Of a stretch of DNA of 64,000 bases, positions 9,359-23,505 are shown in pieces. The stretch is from an uncultured Spirochaetales bacterium (lineage in GTDB: Bacteria; Myxococcota_A; UBA9160; PR03). The stretch spans positions 330 through 64,329 of the forward strand of contig CAYGWM010000004.1 in the NCBI GenBank assembly GCA_964353555.1, written 5' to 3'. Position 1 is the first letter of the stretch. Each line of letters begins with the position of its first letter. A program made the position numbers and the translations under genes. The notes under the pieces are model-generated. The model had not been told where the DNA came from. It saw only the letters and a program-made list of their open reading frames with translations, and made no database searches.

Positions 9359-10390
9359 ATGGTTCCGGACTTGAGTGAGCGCCAGGTGCTCGTGCTGCGC
9401 GCGATCGTCGCGAGCTATGTCGGCGATGCCGCGCCGGTCGGATCGCGGTCGGTGTCGCACGTGCTGCCCGTTTCGCTCTCGGCGGCGTCGATCCGCAACA
9501 CGATGGCCGAACTGGCGGAACTCGGGCTCGTCGAAAAGCCGCATCCCTCGGCGGGACGCGTCCCGACCGCCAGCGGTTTGCGCTGCTTCCTCGAGCATCT
9601 GGTCCCGCGAGACCTCGATGAATACGAGCGGCGCGATCTCGCCGGCAGCGTGGCGGCGGTCGGTCCCGACGCGGTGATCCAGAACACGTCGATGCTGCTC
9701 TCGGAGCGCACGCGACAGCTCGGCTTCGTCGTCGCGCCGCGCGAAGCGGGCCTCGTACTGCGCCACATCGCGCTGGTGCGGCTGTCGACTTCGCGCGTGC
9801 TGGCGGTGTTGGTGTCACAGACCGGGTCGGCGTTGCGACGCGTGCTCGAGGACGAAGAGAGCGGCGACCAGCCGGAGCTCGATCGGCTCGCGGTCGCGCT
9901 GAACGAACACGTCGTCGGCAAGACGCTCGCGCAGGTGCGCGACGCGCTGTCGCGCGAAGTCGGCGCGCTCAGGTCGCGGGCGCACACCGTGCTCGAGCGC
10001 GCGCTCTGGCTCGGCTGGCGGGCGCTCGAAGCGCAGGACGAGAGCGAACCGGGCGATCTGGTGATCGCGACGCGTCTCGCGCTGCTGGACCAGCCCGAGT
10101 TTCAGGATCCGTCGCGCGTGAAACAGCTGTTCGGCGCGATCGAGGCCAAGGAATCGCTGCTGCGGATCTTGCACAAAATGATAACCGCGCAGCGCGTGAC
10201 GGTGGCGTTCGGGGAGGAGCTCGATGAACCCGAGTGGGGCCGGCTCGCGCTGGTGGCGGCACCGTACGGCAACCCCGGCGCACCGCTCGGTGTGCTCGGC
10301 GTGATCGGGTCGCGACGTATGGACTACCCGCGCGTGGTTGCGCTGGTCCGCTATCTCGGAACCGTGGTGACGGAGCGACTTCTCCCGTGA
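9359..10390 (+). CDS. hrcA: heat-inducible transcription repressor HrcA
   Basis: Internal ATG of the 497-aa track ORF; an in-frame GTG at 9326 is an alternative start. N-terminal winged helix LSERQVLVLRAIVASYVGDAAPVGSRSV...IRNTMAELAELGLVEKPHPSAGRVPT. The gene is followed by grpE-dnaK-dnaJ. Confidence 0.9.
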   Translation: MVPDLSERQVLVLRAIVASYVGDAAPVGSRSVSHVLPVSLSAASIRNTMAELAELGLVEKPHPSAGRVPTASGLRCFLEHLVPRDLDEYERRDLAGSVAAVGPDAVIQNTSMLLSERTRQLGFVVAPREAGLVLRHIALVRLSTSRVLAVLVSQTGSALRRVLEDEESGDQPELDRLAVALNEHVVGKTLAQVRDALSREVGALRSRAHTVLERALWLGWRALEAQDESEPGDLVIATRLALLDQPEFQDPSRVKQLFGAIEAKESLLRILHKMITAQRVTVAFGEELDEPEWGRLALVAAPYGNPGAPLGVLGVIGSRRMDYPRVVALVRYLGTVVTERLLP

Positions 10391-11073
10391 GCGAACACGG
10401 CAAGGGTCCCGGAGGCGAGGGCTGGGAAGGCTTCGCGGAAGAAGCCTCGGAGGGCAACCTCGGGCCGAGCAGCGAACTCGAGGAGGCGATGCGCGAGGCG
10501 GCGGCGTCGCACGACGCGCGCACGGCCGAGCGCACCGCGCAGCGATCAGGCGCAAGCGGAGCGGTTCCCGAAGAGCTGGAAGCCGCGCTCGCGGACGCGC
10601 AGCGCGAACTCAGCGAGCTGAAGGACCGCTACCTGCGGCTGGCAGCCGACTTCGAGAACGCGCGCCGTCGTGGTCTGCGCGAACGCGAAGAAGCGTCGCT
10701 CTTCGGGCACCAGAATGTCGTCAAGGAACTGCTGCCCTCGGTCGATAATCTCGAGCGCGCCATCGACCACGCCCGCGAGGGCGGGGAGGCGAGCCAACAG
10801 GGACTCCTCGAAGGGGTCGAACTCGTGCTCCGCGAGATCGTTGCGGTCCTCGCGCGACACGGCGTCGTTCCGATCGAAGCCCTCGGCCAGCCCTTCGATC
10901 CCGCATTGCACGAGGCGATGGCGCAGCTGCTGGATGGAACGGTCCCCGCGAATACCATCCTGCAGGTATTTCAACCCGGCTATCAGCTGCGGGGACGATT
11001 GTTGCGCCCGGCGCGCGTTGTGGTTTCGAAAGCGCCGGCGGATGCCGAGAAGAAGGCGGACGAGTCCAGCTGA
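10387..11073 (+). CDS. grpE: nucleotide exchange factor GrpE
   Basis: GTG at 10387 overlaps the hrcA stop (GTGA). The GrpE core is LSELKDRYLRLAADFENARRR...LPSVDNLERAI...G.VLQVFQPGYQLRGRLLRPARVVVS. Confidence 0.9.
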   Translation: MSEHGKGPGGEGWEGFAEEASEGNLGPSSELEEAMREAAASHDARTAERTAQRSGASGAVPEELEAALADAQRELSELKDRYLRLAADFENARRRGLREREEASLFGHQNVVKELLPSVDNLERAIDHAREGGEASQQGLLEGVELVLREIVAVLARHGVVPIEALGQPFDPALHEAMAQLLDGTVPANTILQVFQPGYQLRGRLLRPARVVVSKAPADAEKKADESS

Positions 11074-11132
11074 GCCCGGGGCCGAAGTAGTCGCACCCCG
11101 GCGATCCAGCGCGTAGGGGGAGCGGCTTCCGA

Positions 11133-12956
<1,824 letters not shown>

Positions 12957-13020
12957 CGATCGCCCGTGGAGATCCGCTCCCGCCTTGCTTCTCCCCTGAC
13001 GCCGCCTAGGTTTCCCGCCG

Positions 13021-14145
13021 GTGGCGAAGCGCGACTACTACGAGGTCTTGGGCGTCGATCGTTCGGCTGACGCCGATGCGCTGAAGAAGGCGTATCGGGC
13101 GCTCGCGCTGAAGTACCACCCGGATCGCAATCCCGACGATTCGGCCGCCGAGGACAAGTTCAAGGAGGCGTCGGAGGCGTACGCCGTGTTGTCGGATCCC
13201 GACAAGCGGCGCGCGTACGAGCGCCTCGGGTTCGAGGGCGTCGGAGCGGGATCCGGCCAGCCGGGCTTCGACTTCTCGGACATGGGCGGCTTCGGCGACG
13301 TGCTGAATGATCTATTCGGCGATCTGTTCGGCACGCGCGGCGGCGGCGCAAGGCCGCGCCGCGGGCGCGGCCGACGCGGGGCGGATCTCCGCTACACGAT
13401 GGAAGTCGAATTGAAGGATTTGCTGGACGTCAAGGAGACGACCATCCAGATCCCCAAGATGCGCCCGTGCGAAACCTGTGACGGTTCGGGCGCGCGGGCC
13501 GGCACGCGCCCGGAGTCCTGTACACGCTGTCGTGGCGCCGGGCAGTTGATGTTCCAGCAGGGATTCTTCCGGATCAGTCGCCCGTGCGACGCGTGCGGCG
13601 GCGCTGGGGAGGTGGTGAAGGATCGTTGCACGGGTTGTCGCGGCGCCGGTCGCGTCGAGGGCGAGCAGACGCTGCACGTGAAGATTCCCGCCGGCATCGA
13701 GCACGGCACGCGACTGCGACTCGCAGCCGAAGGCGAGGCGGGGCTCGAAGGCGGTCCGCCGGGTGATCTCTACGTCGACGTCGCGGTGCGTCCGCATCCG
13801 CTCTTCGAGCGCGATGGCGGCGATCTCCACTGCCAGGTGCCGATTCCGTTCGTGCAGGCCGCTCTCGGCGCTGAGATCGAGGTGCCCACGCTCGATGGCA
13901 AGGAGACACTGCGCGTTCCCGAAGGCACGCAGTCTGGCAAGACCTTCCGGCTGCACGGCAAGGGACTGCCGTCGCTCGGCTCGCGCACGCGCGGCGACCA
14001 GATCGTGCAGATCTTCGTCGAGGTGCCGACCAAGCTCACCGACCGTCAACGCGATCTGCTCGAACAGTTCGCGGTGGATAGCGGCACTGAAGTGTCGCCG
14101 GTGACCAAGGGCTTTCTCGACAAGCTGCGCGACTTCCTGGGCTAG
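13021..14145 (+). CDS. dnaJ: co-chaperone DnaJ
   Basis: GTG start. J domain DYYEVLGV...KYHPDRNP, a Gly-rich linker, and four CxxCxGxG zinc-finger repeats ([32 protein letters not shown]). Confidence 0.97.
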   Translation: MAKRDYYEVLGVDRSADADALKKAYRALALKYHPDRNPDDSAAEDKFKEASEAYAVLSDPDKRRAYERLGFEGVGAGSGQPGFDFSDMGGFGDVLNDLFGDLFGTRGGGARPRRGRGRRGADLRYTMEVELKDLLDVKETTIQIPKMRPCETCDGSGARAGTRPESCTRCRGAGQLMFQQGFFRISRPCDACGGAGEVVKDRCTGCRGAGRVEGEQTLHVKIPAGIEHGTRLRLAAEGEAGLEGGPPGDLYVDVAVRPHPLFERDGGDLHCQVPIPFVQAALGAEIEVPTLDGKETLRVPEGTQSGKTFRLHGKGLPSLGSRTRGDQIVQIFVEVPTKLTDRQRDLLEQFAVDSGTEVSPVTKGFLDKLRDFLG

Positions 14146-14148
14146 CGC

Positions 14149-16128
14149 ATGAAGCGGTTTGCCGTCGCCTGCACGCTGGCGCTCTCGATCACCGCTTGCA
14201 GCTTGCTGCCGCGCCCGCGCGTACTCGGACCGAGCGACGCCGAGCGCCGCGAGTACGACGCCGCGATCGCCAGCGCGCGCAAGGATCCCACGCAGGGCCG
14301 CGCGCGGCTCGCGTCGTTCCTCGATCGCCATCCCGACAGCACGCTCGCCGACGACGCCGTAGTGCCGCTCGCGCGTCTCGAAGCCAAGGCCGGGAACTCC
14401 ACGCAATCGGAAAAGCGCTTGCGCGACGTGCTGCGCATGCATCCGAAGGAGAACCGCGCGGACGCGGCGCGACTCGAGCTCGCGAAGCTGCTCGCCGCGC
14501 GCGGAGAGCCCGAGGCGGCGTGGAAGGTCGCGGAGCGGATCCAGCCCTCGCTGCTCGGAGACGATGAGCGCCGCGACGCGTACCTGCTGCTCGCCGCGCT
14601 GTCGCGCGATCGCGGAGACACCGCGTCGCAGCTCGAGTGGCTGGGCCGGCTCCGCACGGTGGCGAGCGACGACGCGGAGGTGGCCAGCATCGACCACCAG
14701 ATCGACGCGGTGATCGCCAAGCTACCGGCCGACGCGCTGGTTCGCGCGGCGGAGCGGCTCGGTCGCCGCGTTCCGGCGACCGAGTTGTGGTTGCGCGCTG
14801 GAGAGCTGTCGCTGCGGGCCGGCGACAAGAGCGGCGCCGCGCATGCATTCGCCGAGGCCGAGCGCCTACCGCTCTCGCCCGCCGAGGCACAGCAGTTGGT
14901 GCGCTTGCAGTCGCTGCTGCAGTCGGGAAGCGGCGGGCCGATCGACCGCTCGTCGCCGCCGCCGCCGCCACTCTCCCAGGTCGAGGCGACCGAGAACGCC
15001 AATCCCGCCGCGCACGCGAGCGGCAGCATCGGCGTCGTGCTGCCGCTCAGCGGCTCACTCGCCGCGGTGGCAGAAGACGTGCTGCGCGGCGTACTGCTCG
15101 CCGCCGACAGTTTCGGCGCCGATCCGAACGCGCCGGGTTTGCGCGTGGTGGTGCGCGACAGCGCGGGGCGCCCGGAACAGGCGGCCAACGCCGTTCGCGA
15201 AATCGGCCAGCGCGGCGACGTCGGCGCGGTCGTCGGTCCGCTCACCAAGGAAGAGGTGGAAGCCGCGGGCGCGGCGGCGCAGGAAGTCGGAGTGCCGCTG
15301 CTCACGCTGACGCGTCACGAAGACGTTGCGCGCGATCGATCCGAGGTCGTGCGCTTCGGCCTGACACGCCGCATGGAAGCCGAGGTTCTCGCCGATCACG
15401 CGGTACTCGCGCTCGGTATCGGGCGCATGGCGATCCTGTATCCGAAGGACGAGTACGGCCGCGAGTTCGAAGCGCTGCTCTGGCAGGCGATCGAAGCACG
15501 CGGTGCGCGCGTGGTGTCGGTGGCGGGCTATGCGCCGACCGCCACCGACTTCGCGGCGCCGATCCGCCGACTGCTCGGTCCCCAGGCGGCGGCGTCGCCG
15601 GCCGCAAGCGAGCCGTTGGACGGTGCGGCCGCGCCGGCTTCTCCGGGTCCGCCGCCGCTGCTCGACTTCGACGCGATCTTCATCCCCGACGCGCACGACA
15701 AGGTCGCGCTGATCGCGCTCCAACTCGCGGCGAGCCAGGTGCATGGCGTGAAGCTGCTCGGCCCGAGCGGCTGGCACCATCCGGATCTGATGCGCGTCGC
15801 CGGTCCGACGGTGGATGGCGCGTTCTTCAGCTCGGGATTCGACCCGAGCCATCCATCACCGCTGGTCCAGGACTTCGTCGCGCGCTACCGCGCGGCGTAC
15901 CGTCGCGAGCCCACGCCCTTTGCGGCGCAGGGCTTCGACGCGGCCAACCTGGTCGGCTTGCAGCTGCAAAATGGCGCCCAGTCGCCATCCGACGTGCGCA
16001 ACGGGCTGGTGACGACCGAGCGCTATCCGGGCGTCTCCGGCGTCACGTCGATCGGAGCCGACGGGGACGCGCGCAAGCGCCCCTTCCTGCTCGAGGTGCA
16101 CGAGGGCAAGATGAGTTCGCTGGAGTAG
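14149..16128 (+). CDS. lipoprotein with N-terminal TPR domain and C-terminal type-I periplasmic-binding-protein fold (LpoA-like penicillin-binding-protein activator architecture)
   Basis: Lipobox MKRFAVACTLALSITAC, then TPR-like helical repeats. The Leu/Ile/Val-binding-protein-like core is IGVVLPLSGSLAAVAEDVLRGVLLA...VVVRDSAGRPEQAANAVREI...VGAVVGPLTKEEVEAAG. The gene starts 3 nt after the dnaJ stop. Confidence 0.6.
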   Translation: MKRFAVACTLALSITACSLLPRPRVLGPSDAERREYDAAIASARKDPTQGRARLASFLDRHPDSTLADDAVVPLARLEAKAGNSTQSEKRLRDVLRMHPKENRADAARLELAKLLAARGEPEAAWKVAERIQPSLLGDDERRDAYLLLAALSRDRGDTASQLEWLGRLRTVASDDAEVASIDHQIDAVIAKLPADALVRAAERLGRRVPATELWLRAGELSLRAGDKSGAAHAFAEAERLPLSPAEAQQLVRLQSLLQSGSGGPIDRSSPPPPPLSQVEATENANPAAHASGSIGVVLPLSGSLAAVAEDVLRGVLLAADSFGADPNAPGLRVVVRDSAGRPEQAANAVREIGQRGDVGAVVGPLTKEEVEAAGAAAQEVGVPLLTLTRHEDVARDRSEVVRFGLTRRMEAEVLADHAVLALGIGRMAILYPKDEYGREFEALLWQAIEARGARVVSVAGYAPTATDFAAPIRRLLGPQAAASPAASEPLDGAAAPASPGPPPLLDFDAIFIPDAHDKVALIALQLAASQVHGVKLLGPSGWHHPDLMRVAGPTVDGAFFSSGFDPSHPSPLVQDFVARYRAAYRREPTPFAAQGFDAANLVGLQLQNGAQSPSDVRNGLVTTERYPGVSGVTSIGADGDARKRPFLLEVHEGKMSSLE

Positions 16129-16218
16129 TCCCAGGCTTGGGACGAAAGGCGCCACAAGCCTCGGGGCTGACCGGTCGATAGCAGACTCCGAGTCCGCCTT
16201 TGATGGCTCGGAGCGCCC

Positions 16219-17985
16219 TTGTCTAATTCGCTGAAACGCCACGATGCCGCGCCGATCCGAGTCCTCGTGGTCGAAGACGACCCGTCCGACGCGCAGTGGC
16301 TGCGCACGCTGCTCGAGGCGTCGCGAGAAGTCGCCTTCGAGGTCGCCGAGGCCGGCAACGTCGAGGATGGCTTGCTGCGGCTGCGCGATGAGTGCTTCCA
16401 AGCGGTGCTGCTCGATCTGTCGCTCGAGGAAGGGCAGGGGCTCGCCGCGCTCGCACGCGCGCGAATCGCCGCGGCGACCGTGCCGATCATCGCGATGGCG
16501 TCACGGCGGGACGAGAACCTCGCGATCCGAGCGCTCCGCTTCGGCGCGCAGGACTATCTGGTGAAGCGCGTCTCCGATGAGCAGGCGATCGTCCGCACGC
16601 TGCGCCACGCCGTCGAGCGTCACCACATCCTCACCGATCTCGCGACCGCGCGGCAGCGCGAACACTATCTCGCGATGCACGACGCGCTGACGGGTCTCCC
16701 GAATCGGAGTGCCTTCCTCGATCAGCTCCGCCGCACGCTCCACTACGCAACGCGCCATGGCAAACAGCTCGCCGTGCTCTTTCTCGATCTCGATCGCTTC
16801 AAGAGCATCAACGACACGCTCGGCCATCCCGTTGGCGACGACCTGCTGAAAGTCATCGCCGATCGGCTCACCCATTCGCTGCGCCAGAGCGATCTGGTGG
16901 CGCGCTTCGGCGGCGACGAGTTCCTGATCGCGCTGCCCGACGTCGCGCGCGACCATGACGCCGCGCGCGTTGCCCAGAAGCTGAGCGAGGTGCTCGCGAA
17001 GCCGTGTGAGCTGGAAGGGCGCGAGTATCGCGTCAGCGCGAGCATCGGGATCGCGCTCTTCCCGCGCGACGGCGCCGACGCCGATATGTTGATCCGCAAC
17101 GCGGACACGGCGATGTACCACGCCAAGGCAGTACCCGGCTGTGGCTACTCCTACTACGCTGACGGCATGAACGACATCGTGGCCGAGCGGCTCGATCTCG
17201 AGCACGGACTGCGCGAGGCGATCGAACTGGATCGCTTCGTGTTGCACTATCAACCGCAGGTGGACACGCAGAGCGGCGAACTGATCGGTGCCGAAGCGCT
17301 GGTGCGCTGGCGCGATCCGGTTCGCGGACTGATCCCGCCCGCCGCCTTCGTACCGATGGCCGAGGAAACCGGCATGGTGGCGGCGATCGGCAAGTGGGTG
17401 CTCGGCCGTGCCTGTGCGGACGCCGTGCTGTGGCGCACGCGCGTTCCGCTGCGCGTCGCCGTCAACGTATCGAGCAAACAGCTCGTCGACGCCGACTTTG
17501 CGGATTTCGTGGCACGCACGTTGCGCGAGACCGGGCTCCCTCCGGAGCGGCTGCAGATCGAGATCACCGAGAGCAGCGTGCTCGAACAGCGCGGTCCGAC
17601 GCTCGCGACGCTGCATGCACTGCGGCATCTCGGCTGCGGCGTCGTGATCGACGACTTCGGCACGGGCTACGCCGCGCTGACGGCACTCAAGTGGCTGCCC
17701 GTCGTCGGACTGAAGATCGACCGCTCCTTCGTGACCAACCTGGGCGCGGAGCACCGCGACCGCACCGACGCGACGATCGCCACCGGCCTGATCTCGATTG
17801 CGCAGGGTCTCGGCCTCGAAGTGGTGGCAGAGGGCGTCGAAACCGTCCCGCAGCTCGAGTTCCTGCGCGCTCGCGGCTGTCACCTGATGCAGGGCTACCT
17901 GCTCGCGAAGCCATTGCCGCGCGAGGATTTCCAGGCGGAACTCGACCGCGCGCCGTGGGAGGACGTACTCGCGGAGATCGCCTGA
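16219..17985 (+). CDS. response-regulator receiver + GGDEF + EAL protein (c-di-GMP turnover)
   Basis: TTG start. REC domain IRVLVVEDDPSD...VLLDLSL, GGDEF domain with RFGGDEFLIAL, and EAL domain with EALVRWR...DDFGTGYAAL...KIDRSF. Confidence 0.9.
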   Translation: MSNSLKRHDAAPIRVLVVEDDPSDAQWLRTLLEASREVAFEVAEAGNVEDGLLRLRDECFQAVLLDLSLEEGQGLAALARARIAAATVPIIAMASRRDENLAIRALRFGAQDYLVKRVSDEQAIVRTLRHAVERHHILTDLATARQREHYLAMHDALTGLPNRSAFLDQLRRTLHYATRHGKQLAVLFLDLDRFKSINDTLGHPVGDDLLKVIADRLTHSLRQSDLVARFGGDEFLIALPDVARDHDAARVAQKLSEVLAKPCELEGREYRVSASIGIALFPRDGADADMLIRNADTAMYHAKAVPGCGYSYYADGMNDIVAERLDLEHGLREAIELDRFVLHYQPQVDTQSGELIGAEALVRWRDPVRGLIPPAAFVPMAEETGMVAAIGKWVLGRACADAVLWRTRVPLRVAVNVSSKQLVDADFADFVARTLRETGLPPERLQIEITESSVLEQRGPTLATLHALRHLGCGVVIDDFGTGYAALTALKWLPVVGLKIDRSFVTNLGAEHRDRTDATIATGLISIAQGLGLEVVAEGVETVPQLEFLRARGCHLMQGYLLAKPLPREDFQAELDRAPWEDVLAEIA

Positions 17986-17995
17986 TCCGGCCCCG

Positions 17996-18460
17996 CTAGT
18001 ACAGGGGACCGGCGTACTCGTGGAGGACCGCGCGGGCTTCGGCGCGCTGGATGTCGCGGACGACCTTGATCCCGCGCGCCTCGAGCGCGGCGACCCAGCG
18101 CGCGGGCTTCGGACCTTCGTCGAAGCCGATCGCCTCCGCATCGCTCGCGCGCGCGCCGCAGACGAGTTGCCGCACGCCCGACCAGGGGATCGCGCCGAAG
18201 CACATCGCGCACGGCTCGCTGCTGGTCACCAGCTCGTGGACGGGCGAAGAGCGACCGCCGAGATCGAAGCGACCGCGCGCACGCTGCGCGAACGAGAGCG
18301 CCAGCATCTCCGCGTGCGCGAGCGACAGGCCGCTCGCGATCACCGCGTTCACGCCGACCGCGACGAGGCGGCCCGTGTCGCGCTCGAACACCGCCGCGCC
18401 GAACGGGCCGCCGCTGCCGCGCCGGGCGTTCTCCCGCGCAAGTGCAATGGCGAGTTCCAT
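17996..18460 (-). CDS. CMP/dCMP-type zinc deaminase (guanine deaminase / nucleoside deaminase family)
   Basis: GGPFGAAV...HAEMLAL...SSEPCAMCFGAIPWSG (H-A-E ... P-C-x-x-C zinc site). The start is uncertain: an in-frame ATG at 18577 would add 39 aa, and the track start at 18613 looks too long. Confidence 0.8.
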   Translation of the reverse strand: MELAIALARENARRGSGGPFGAAVFERDTGRLVAVGVNAVIASGLSLAHAEMLALSFAQRARGRFDLGGRSSPVHELVTSSEPCAMCFGAIPWSGVRQLVCGARASDAEAIGFDEGPKPARWVAALEARGIKVVRDIQRAEARAVLHEYAGPLY

Positions 18461-18651
18461 GCGCAGTTCCGGTGCGCGCAGGCGGCGACCGCCGAGGCGG
18501 GCCTCGACGAATCCCGGGACCCAACGCGGCAGCCGAAAGGAAGGCCCGAGCCGAGCAACCCGTGTGGAAACCGTCATGCGCAATCGGATAGTGGAAATCG
18601 CACGACGCTGCATTTCTCAAGTCGCTGCCGGCAGGCGTCGAAACGCACGCC

Positions 18652-21069
<2,418 letters not shown>

Positions 21070-21072
21070 AGA

Positions 21073-21152
21073 GGTGCCGGGCGTCAGGTTATTTTCTTGT
21101 CAGGTTATTGATCGCGCCAGTTAGCAGTCGCAATAACCTGACGCCCGGCACC
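21073..21152. repeat. 80-bp element bounded by perfect 21-bp inverted repeats (GGTGCCGGGCGTCAGGTTATT ... AATAACCTGACGCCCGGCACC)
   Basis: The left arm 21073-21093 and right arm 21132-21152 are exact reverse complements. An extra half-repeat TGTCAGGTTATT lies at 21098-21109. The core is AT-rich in an otherwise GC-rich genome. The element sits in the lon-thiL spacer and is related to 5295-5332. Confidence 0.75.
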
Positions 21153-21172
21153 GGATTCCGTAGCGTCGTTGG

Positions 21173-22120
21173 GTGAGGCTGCGCGACATCGGCGAGTTTG
21201 GGCTGATCGATCGGATCGAGCGCGCGGTGCGACTTGCGGGTCCGGCACGCACTGTGGTGCTCGGGATCGGTGACGACGCTGCGCTGCTGCGATTGCGCGC
21301 GGGCGAAGATCTGGCGGCCTCCACGGACGCGTTGGTCGAGGACGTGCACTTCCGCTTTTCGAGCGAAGCGCCGCGCGCGATCGGCCGGCGGGCGCTCGCG
21401 GCGGCGCTCTCGGATCTCGCCGCGATGGGTGCGCGACCACTCGGTGTGCTCGCCGCGCTGGCGGCGCCGCCGACGCTTCCGCTCGCGCGCGCCGAAGGCA
21501 TCATGCGCGGGCTGCTCGATGGCGCCCGGCGCTGGCAGGCGCCGCTCGTCGGCGGCAACGTCGCGCGGGCGAGGCAGACCTCGCTCACGCTGACGGTGCT
21601 GGGCGCGGTGCGACGGGGTCGCGCGTTGACGCGCGCGAACGCGCAGCCCGGTGATCGCCTCTTCGTGACCGGAACGCTGGGCGGCGCGGCACTCGCGGTC
21701 GCAAGGGCGGCGCGAGGTGGCCGCGTGCGGGTTGCCCCCGAGCCACGCCTCGCAGCTGGGCAGTCGCTCGCACGCCTACGCGGAATCGGCGCTTGTATCG
21801 ACGTGTCGGACGGACTCATCGCAGACCTGGGTCATCTGCTGCGTTCGTCGCACGTCGGTGCGGAGGTCGATCCGACGCGGATCCCGCGCCCGATGGGCTT
21901 CGTCGCTGCGTGCGCCCGGGTCGGTGTGGATCCGCTGCGACTCTCGCTCGCGGGCGGTGAGGACTACGAGCTGCTCTTCACGCTGCGCCAGAGGGCGGCG
22001 ACCGCGTCGTCCCTTCGCCGCCGGCTCGGCGTTGCGGTCACCGAGATCGGCGCAATCACGGAGGAACCCGGCCTGCGCGGCATTCCGCAACTCGTGCGCC
22101 GAGGCTTCGCGCACTTCTAA
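21173..22120 (+). CDS. thiL: thiamine-monophosphate kinase
   Basis: GTG start. [10 protein letters not shown]...GIGDDAALL...[12 protein letters not shown]...DLAAMGA...DVSDGL...[10 protein letters not shown] (AIR-synthase-related ThiL motifs). Confidence 0.9.
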   Translation: MRLRDIGEFGLIDRIERAVRLAGPARTVVLGIGDDAALLRLRAGEDLAASTDALVEDVHFRFSSEAPRAIGRRALAAALSDLAAMGARPLGVLAALAAPPTLPLARAEGIMRGLLDGARRWQAPLVGGNVARARQTSLTLTVLGAVRRGRALTRANAQPGDRLFVTGTLGGAALAVARAARGGRVRVAPEPRLAAGQSLARLRGIGACIDVSDGLIADLGHLLRSSHVGAEVDPTRIPRPMGFVAACARVGVDPLRLSLAGGEDYELLFTLRQRAATASSLRRRLGVAVTEIGAITEEPGLRGIPQLVRRGFAHF

Positions 22121-22124
22121 TCCC

Positions 22125-22157
22125 GCGAGCCATCGGCGAGCGGCGACGTTCATCAGG
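22125..22157. repeat. copy C of the dispersed GCGAGCCA-NN-GGCGAGC...GTTCATCAGG repeat
   Basis: The sequence is GCGAGCCAtcGGCGAGCggcGAcGTTCATCAGG, immediately after the thiL stop. It aligns with 45017-45055 and 53636-53674, with a 3-nt insertion relative to them. Confidence 0.55.
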
Positions 22158-22161
22158 CCGA

Positions 22162-22177
22162 GTCCCGGATCCGGGAC
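22162..22177 (+). terminator. short GC hairpin after thiL (GTCCCG-GATC-CGGGAC)
   Basis: Perfect 16-nt palindrome with no U-tract, so terminator function is uncertain. Confidence 0.3.
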
Positions 22178-22230
22178 CGCTGCCACCGAGTTGCTTCAAG
22201 ACCGCGACCGTTGGGACCGATACGAGGTCC

Positions 22231-23505
22231 GTGCGCCTAGCGCTCTCGCACAAGTTCGTGCTCCGTTCGCTGCTGGTCGCGGCCGCTGCGGTTGCGTTCC
22301 CTCCCGTCGTCGCGGCGTCGGGCGTGGTCGTCGCGCCGTGGGCGACGGCGTTCGTCGCGCTCGGCGTGGGCGGCGCGCTCGGCTTCTTCTTGTCGCGGGA
22401 GCTGGGGCGGCAGTTCGAGCGGCTGCGCGGTGTCACCGATCGCATCCAGGCGGGTGACTTGCGCGCCGACGTCGAGGCGCGGCGCGTGCACTTTCCGGAC
22501 GAAACCGACGAGCTGGCCGCGAGCATCGCGGGCATGCTCGAGAGCCTGCGCGAGCTCGTCGAGCACGTGCAGCACGGCTCCGACCGGCTCTCATCCGCGG
22601 CGAACGAGTTGTCCAACTCGACGCAGCAGAGCCGCTCGGGCACCGAAGAAATCTCTGCGACGGTCGAGGGCGTTGCGAAGGGCGTCGAGCATCAGCAGGA
22701 ACTGCTCGAAGGCGCGCGCCGGCTGATCCACGACATCGCGCAGGCGATCGAACTGAACGCCGGCCGCGCGCGCGAAGCATTCGGTTTCTCCGCGGAGGCG
22801 AACCAGAAGGCGCACGCGGGCGTCGACGTGTCGCGACTCGCACTCGAGAAGATGAAGACCGTGTTCCAGCGCGTCGAGGACGCCGGCGGCCTGGTGTTCC
22901 GCCTCGAAGCCAAGACCCGTCACGTTCACCAGATCACCGAGATGATCCACAGCGTGGCGGGGCGAACGAATCTGCTTTCGCTCAACGCGTCGATCGAAGC
23001 GGCGCGCGCTGGCGAGGCCGGGCGCGGTTTCTCCGTGGTGGCCGATGAGATCCGCAAGCTCGCCGAGAGTGCGAGCCGCAGCGCCGAAGAGATCTCGAAG
23101 CTCGTCCACGAGATTCAGGCCGAGACGGCGCAGGTGGCCGACGAGATGCGCCTGTCGAGCCAGGTGATTGCCGAGGGGCGCGACGACGTGAACACGATCG
23201 CGCACTCGCTCGAGCAGATTCAGTCCGCCGTGTCCGAAGCCGCGTCGCGGGCCGAAGAGATCTTCCAGGAGGCCGACACGCAGGCGCGCGATACCGAACG
23301 TATGGTGACCTCCGTAGACGAGATCGCGCGCGTTGCCGTGACCAACGCCGACGCGGTGCGCGAAGTCGCCGGCGCCGCATCGGGTCTCTTCGAGACGATG
23401 GCGGAAACCGCCGCCTCCGCGCAGACGATGAGCGCACTCGCCGATGAGATGCGCGGCGCGCTGGGGCGCTTCCATGTCGAGCGCAACGGGCGGCCGCTGT
23501 CGTGA
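22231..23505 (+). CDS. methyl-accepting chemotaxis protein (two TM helices with a minimal loop, HAMP, MA domain)
   Basis: GTG start. Two adjacent N-terminal hydrophobic helices, then a HAMP domain ([14 protein letters not shown]). The highly conserved signalling hairpin is [35 protein letters not shown]. Confidence 0.9.
   Translation: MRLALSHKFVLRSLLVAAAAVAFPPVVAASGVVVAPWATAFVALGVGGALGFFLSRELGRQFERLRGVTDRIQAGDLRADVEARRVHFPDETDELAASIAGMLESLRELVEHVQHGSDRLSSAANELSNSTQQSRSGTEEISATVEGVAKGVEHQQELLEGARRLIHDIAQAIELNAGRAREAFGFSAEANQKAHAGVDVSRLALEKMKTVFQRVEDAGGLVFRLEAKTRHVHQITEMIHSVAGRTNLLSLNASIEAARAGEAGRGFSVVADEIRKLAESASRSAEEISKLVHEIQAETAQVADEMRLSSQVIAEGRDDVNTIAHSLEQIQSAVSEAASRAEEIFQEADTQARDTERMVTSVDEIARVAVTNADAVREVAGAASGLFETMAETAASAQTMSALADEMRGALGRFHVERNGRPLS

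Noticed and set aside
21070-21172. A TPP riboswitch upstream of thiL, a preQ1/THF riboswitch upstream of the PTPS-folE genes, and a cobalamin riboswitch near the hem/cobA genes.
   Set aside because: None of the conserved cores (for example the CUGAGA/ACCUGAUCUGGAUAAUGCCAGCG-type TPP elements) is visible, and the spacers are too short or are occupied by the repeat.
21137-21175. A leaderless thiL mRNA driven by CTGACG-17 nt-TAGCGT within the right arm of the inverted-repeat element.
   Set aside because: Both hexamers are weak matches, and the hypothesis rests only on spacing. It is mentioned under the repeat finding but not called as a feature.
22181-22197. A sigma54-like sequence TGCCAC-cgag-TTGCT upstream of the MCP gene.
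   Set aside because: The invariant GG is GC here and the spacing is one nucleotide short, so it does not satisfy the -24/-12 rule that the norC site satisfies.
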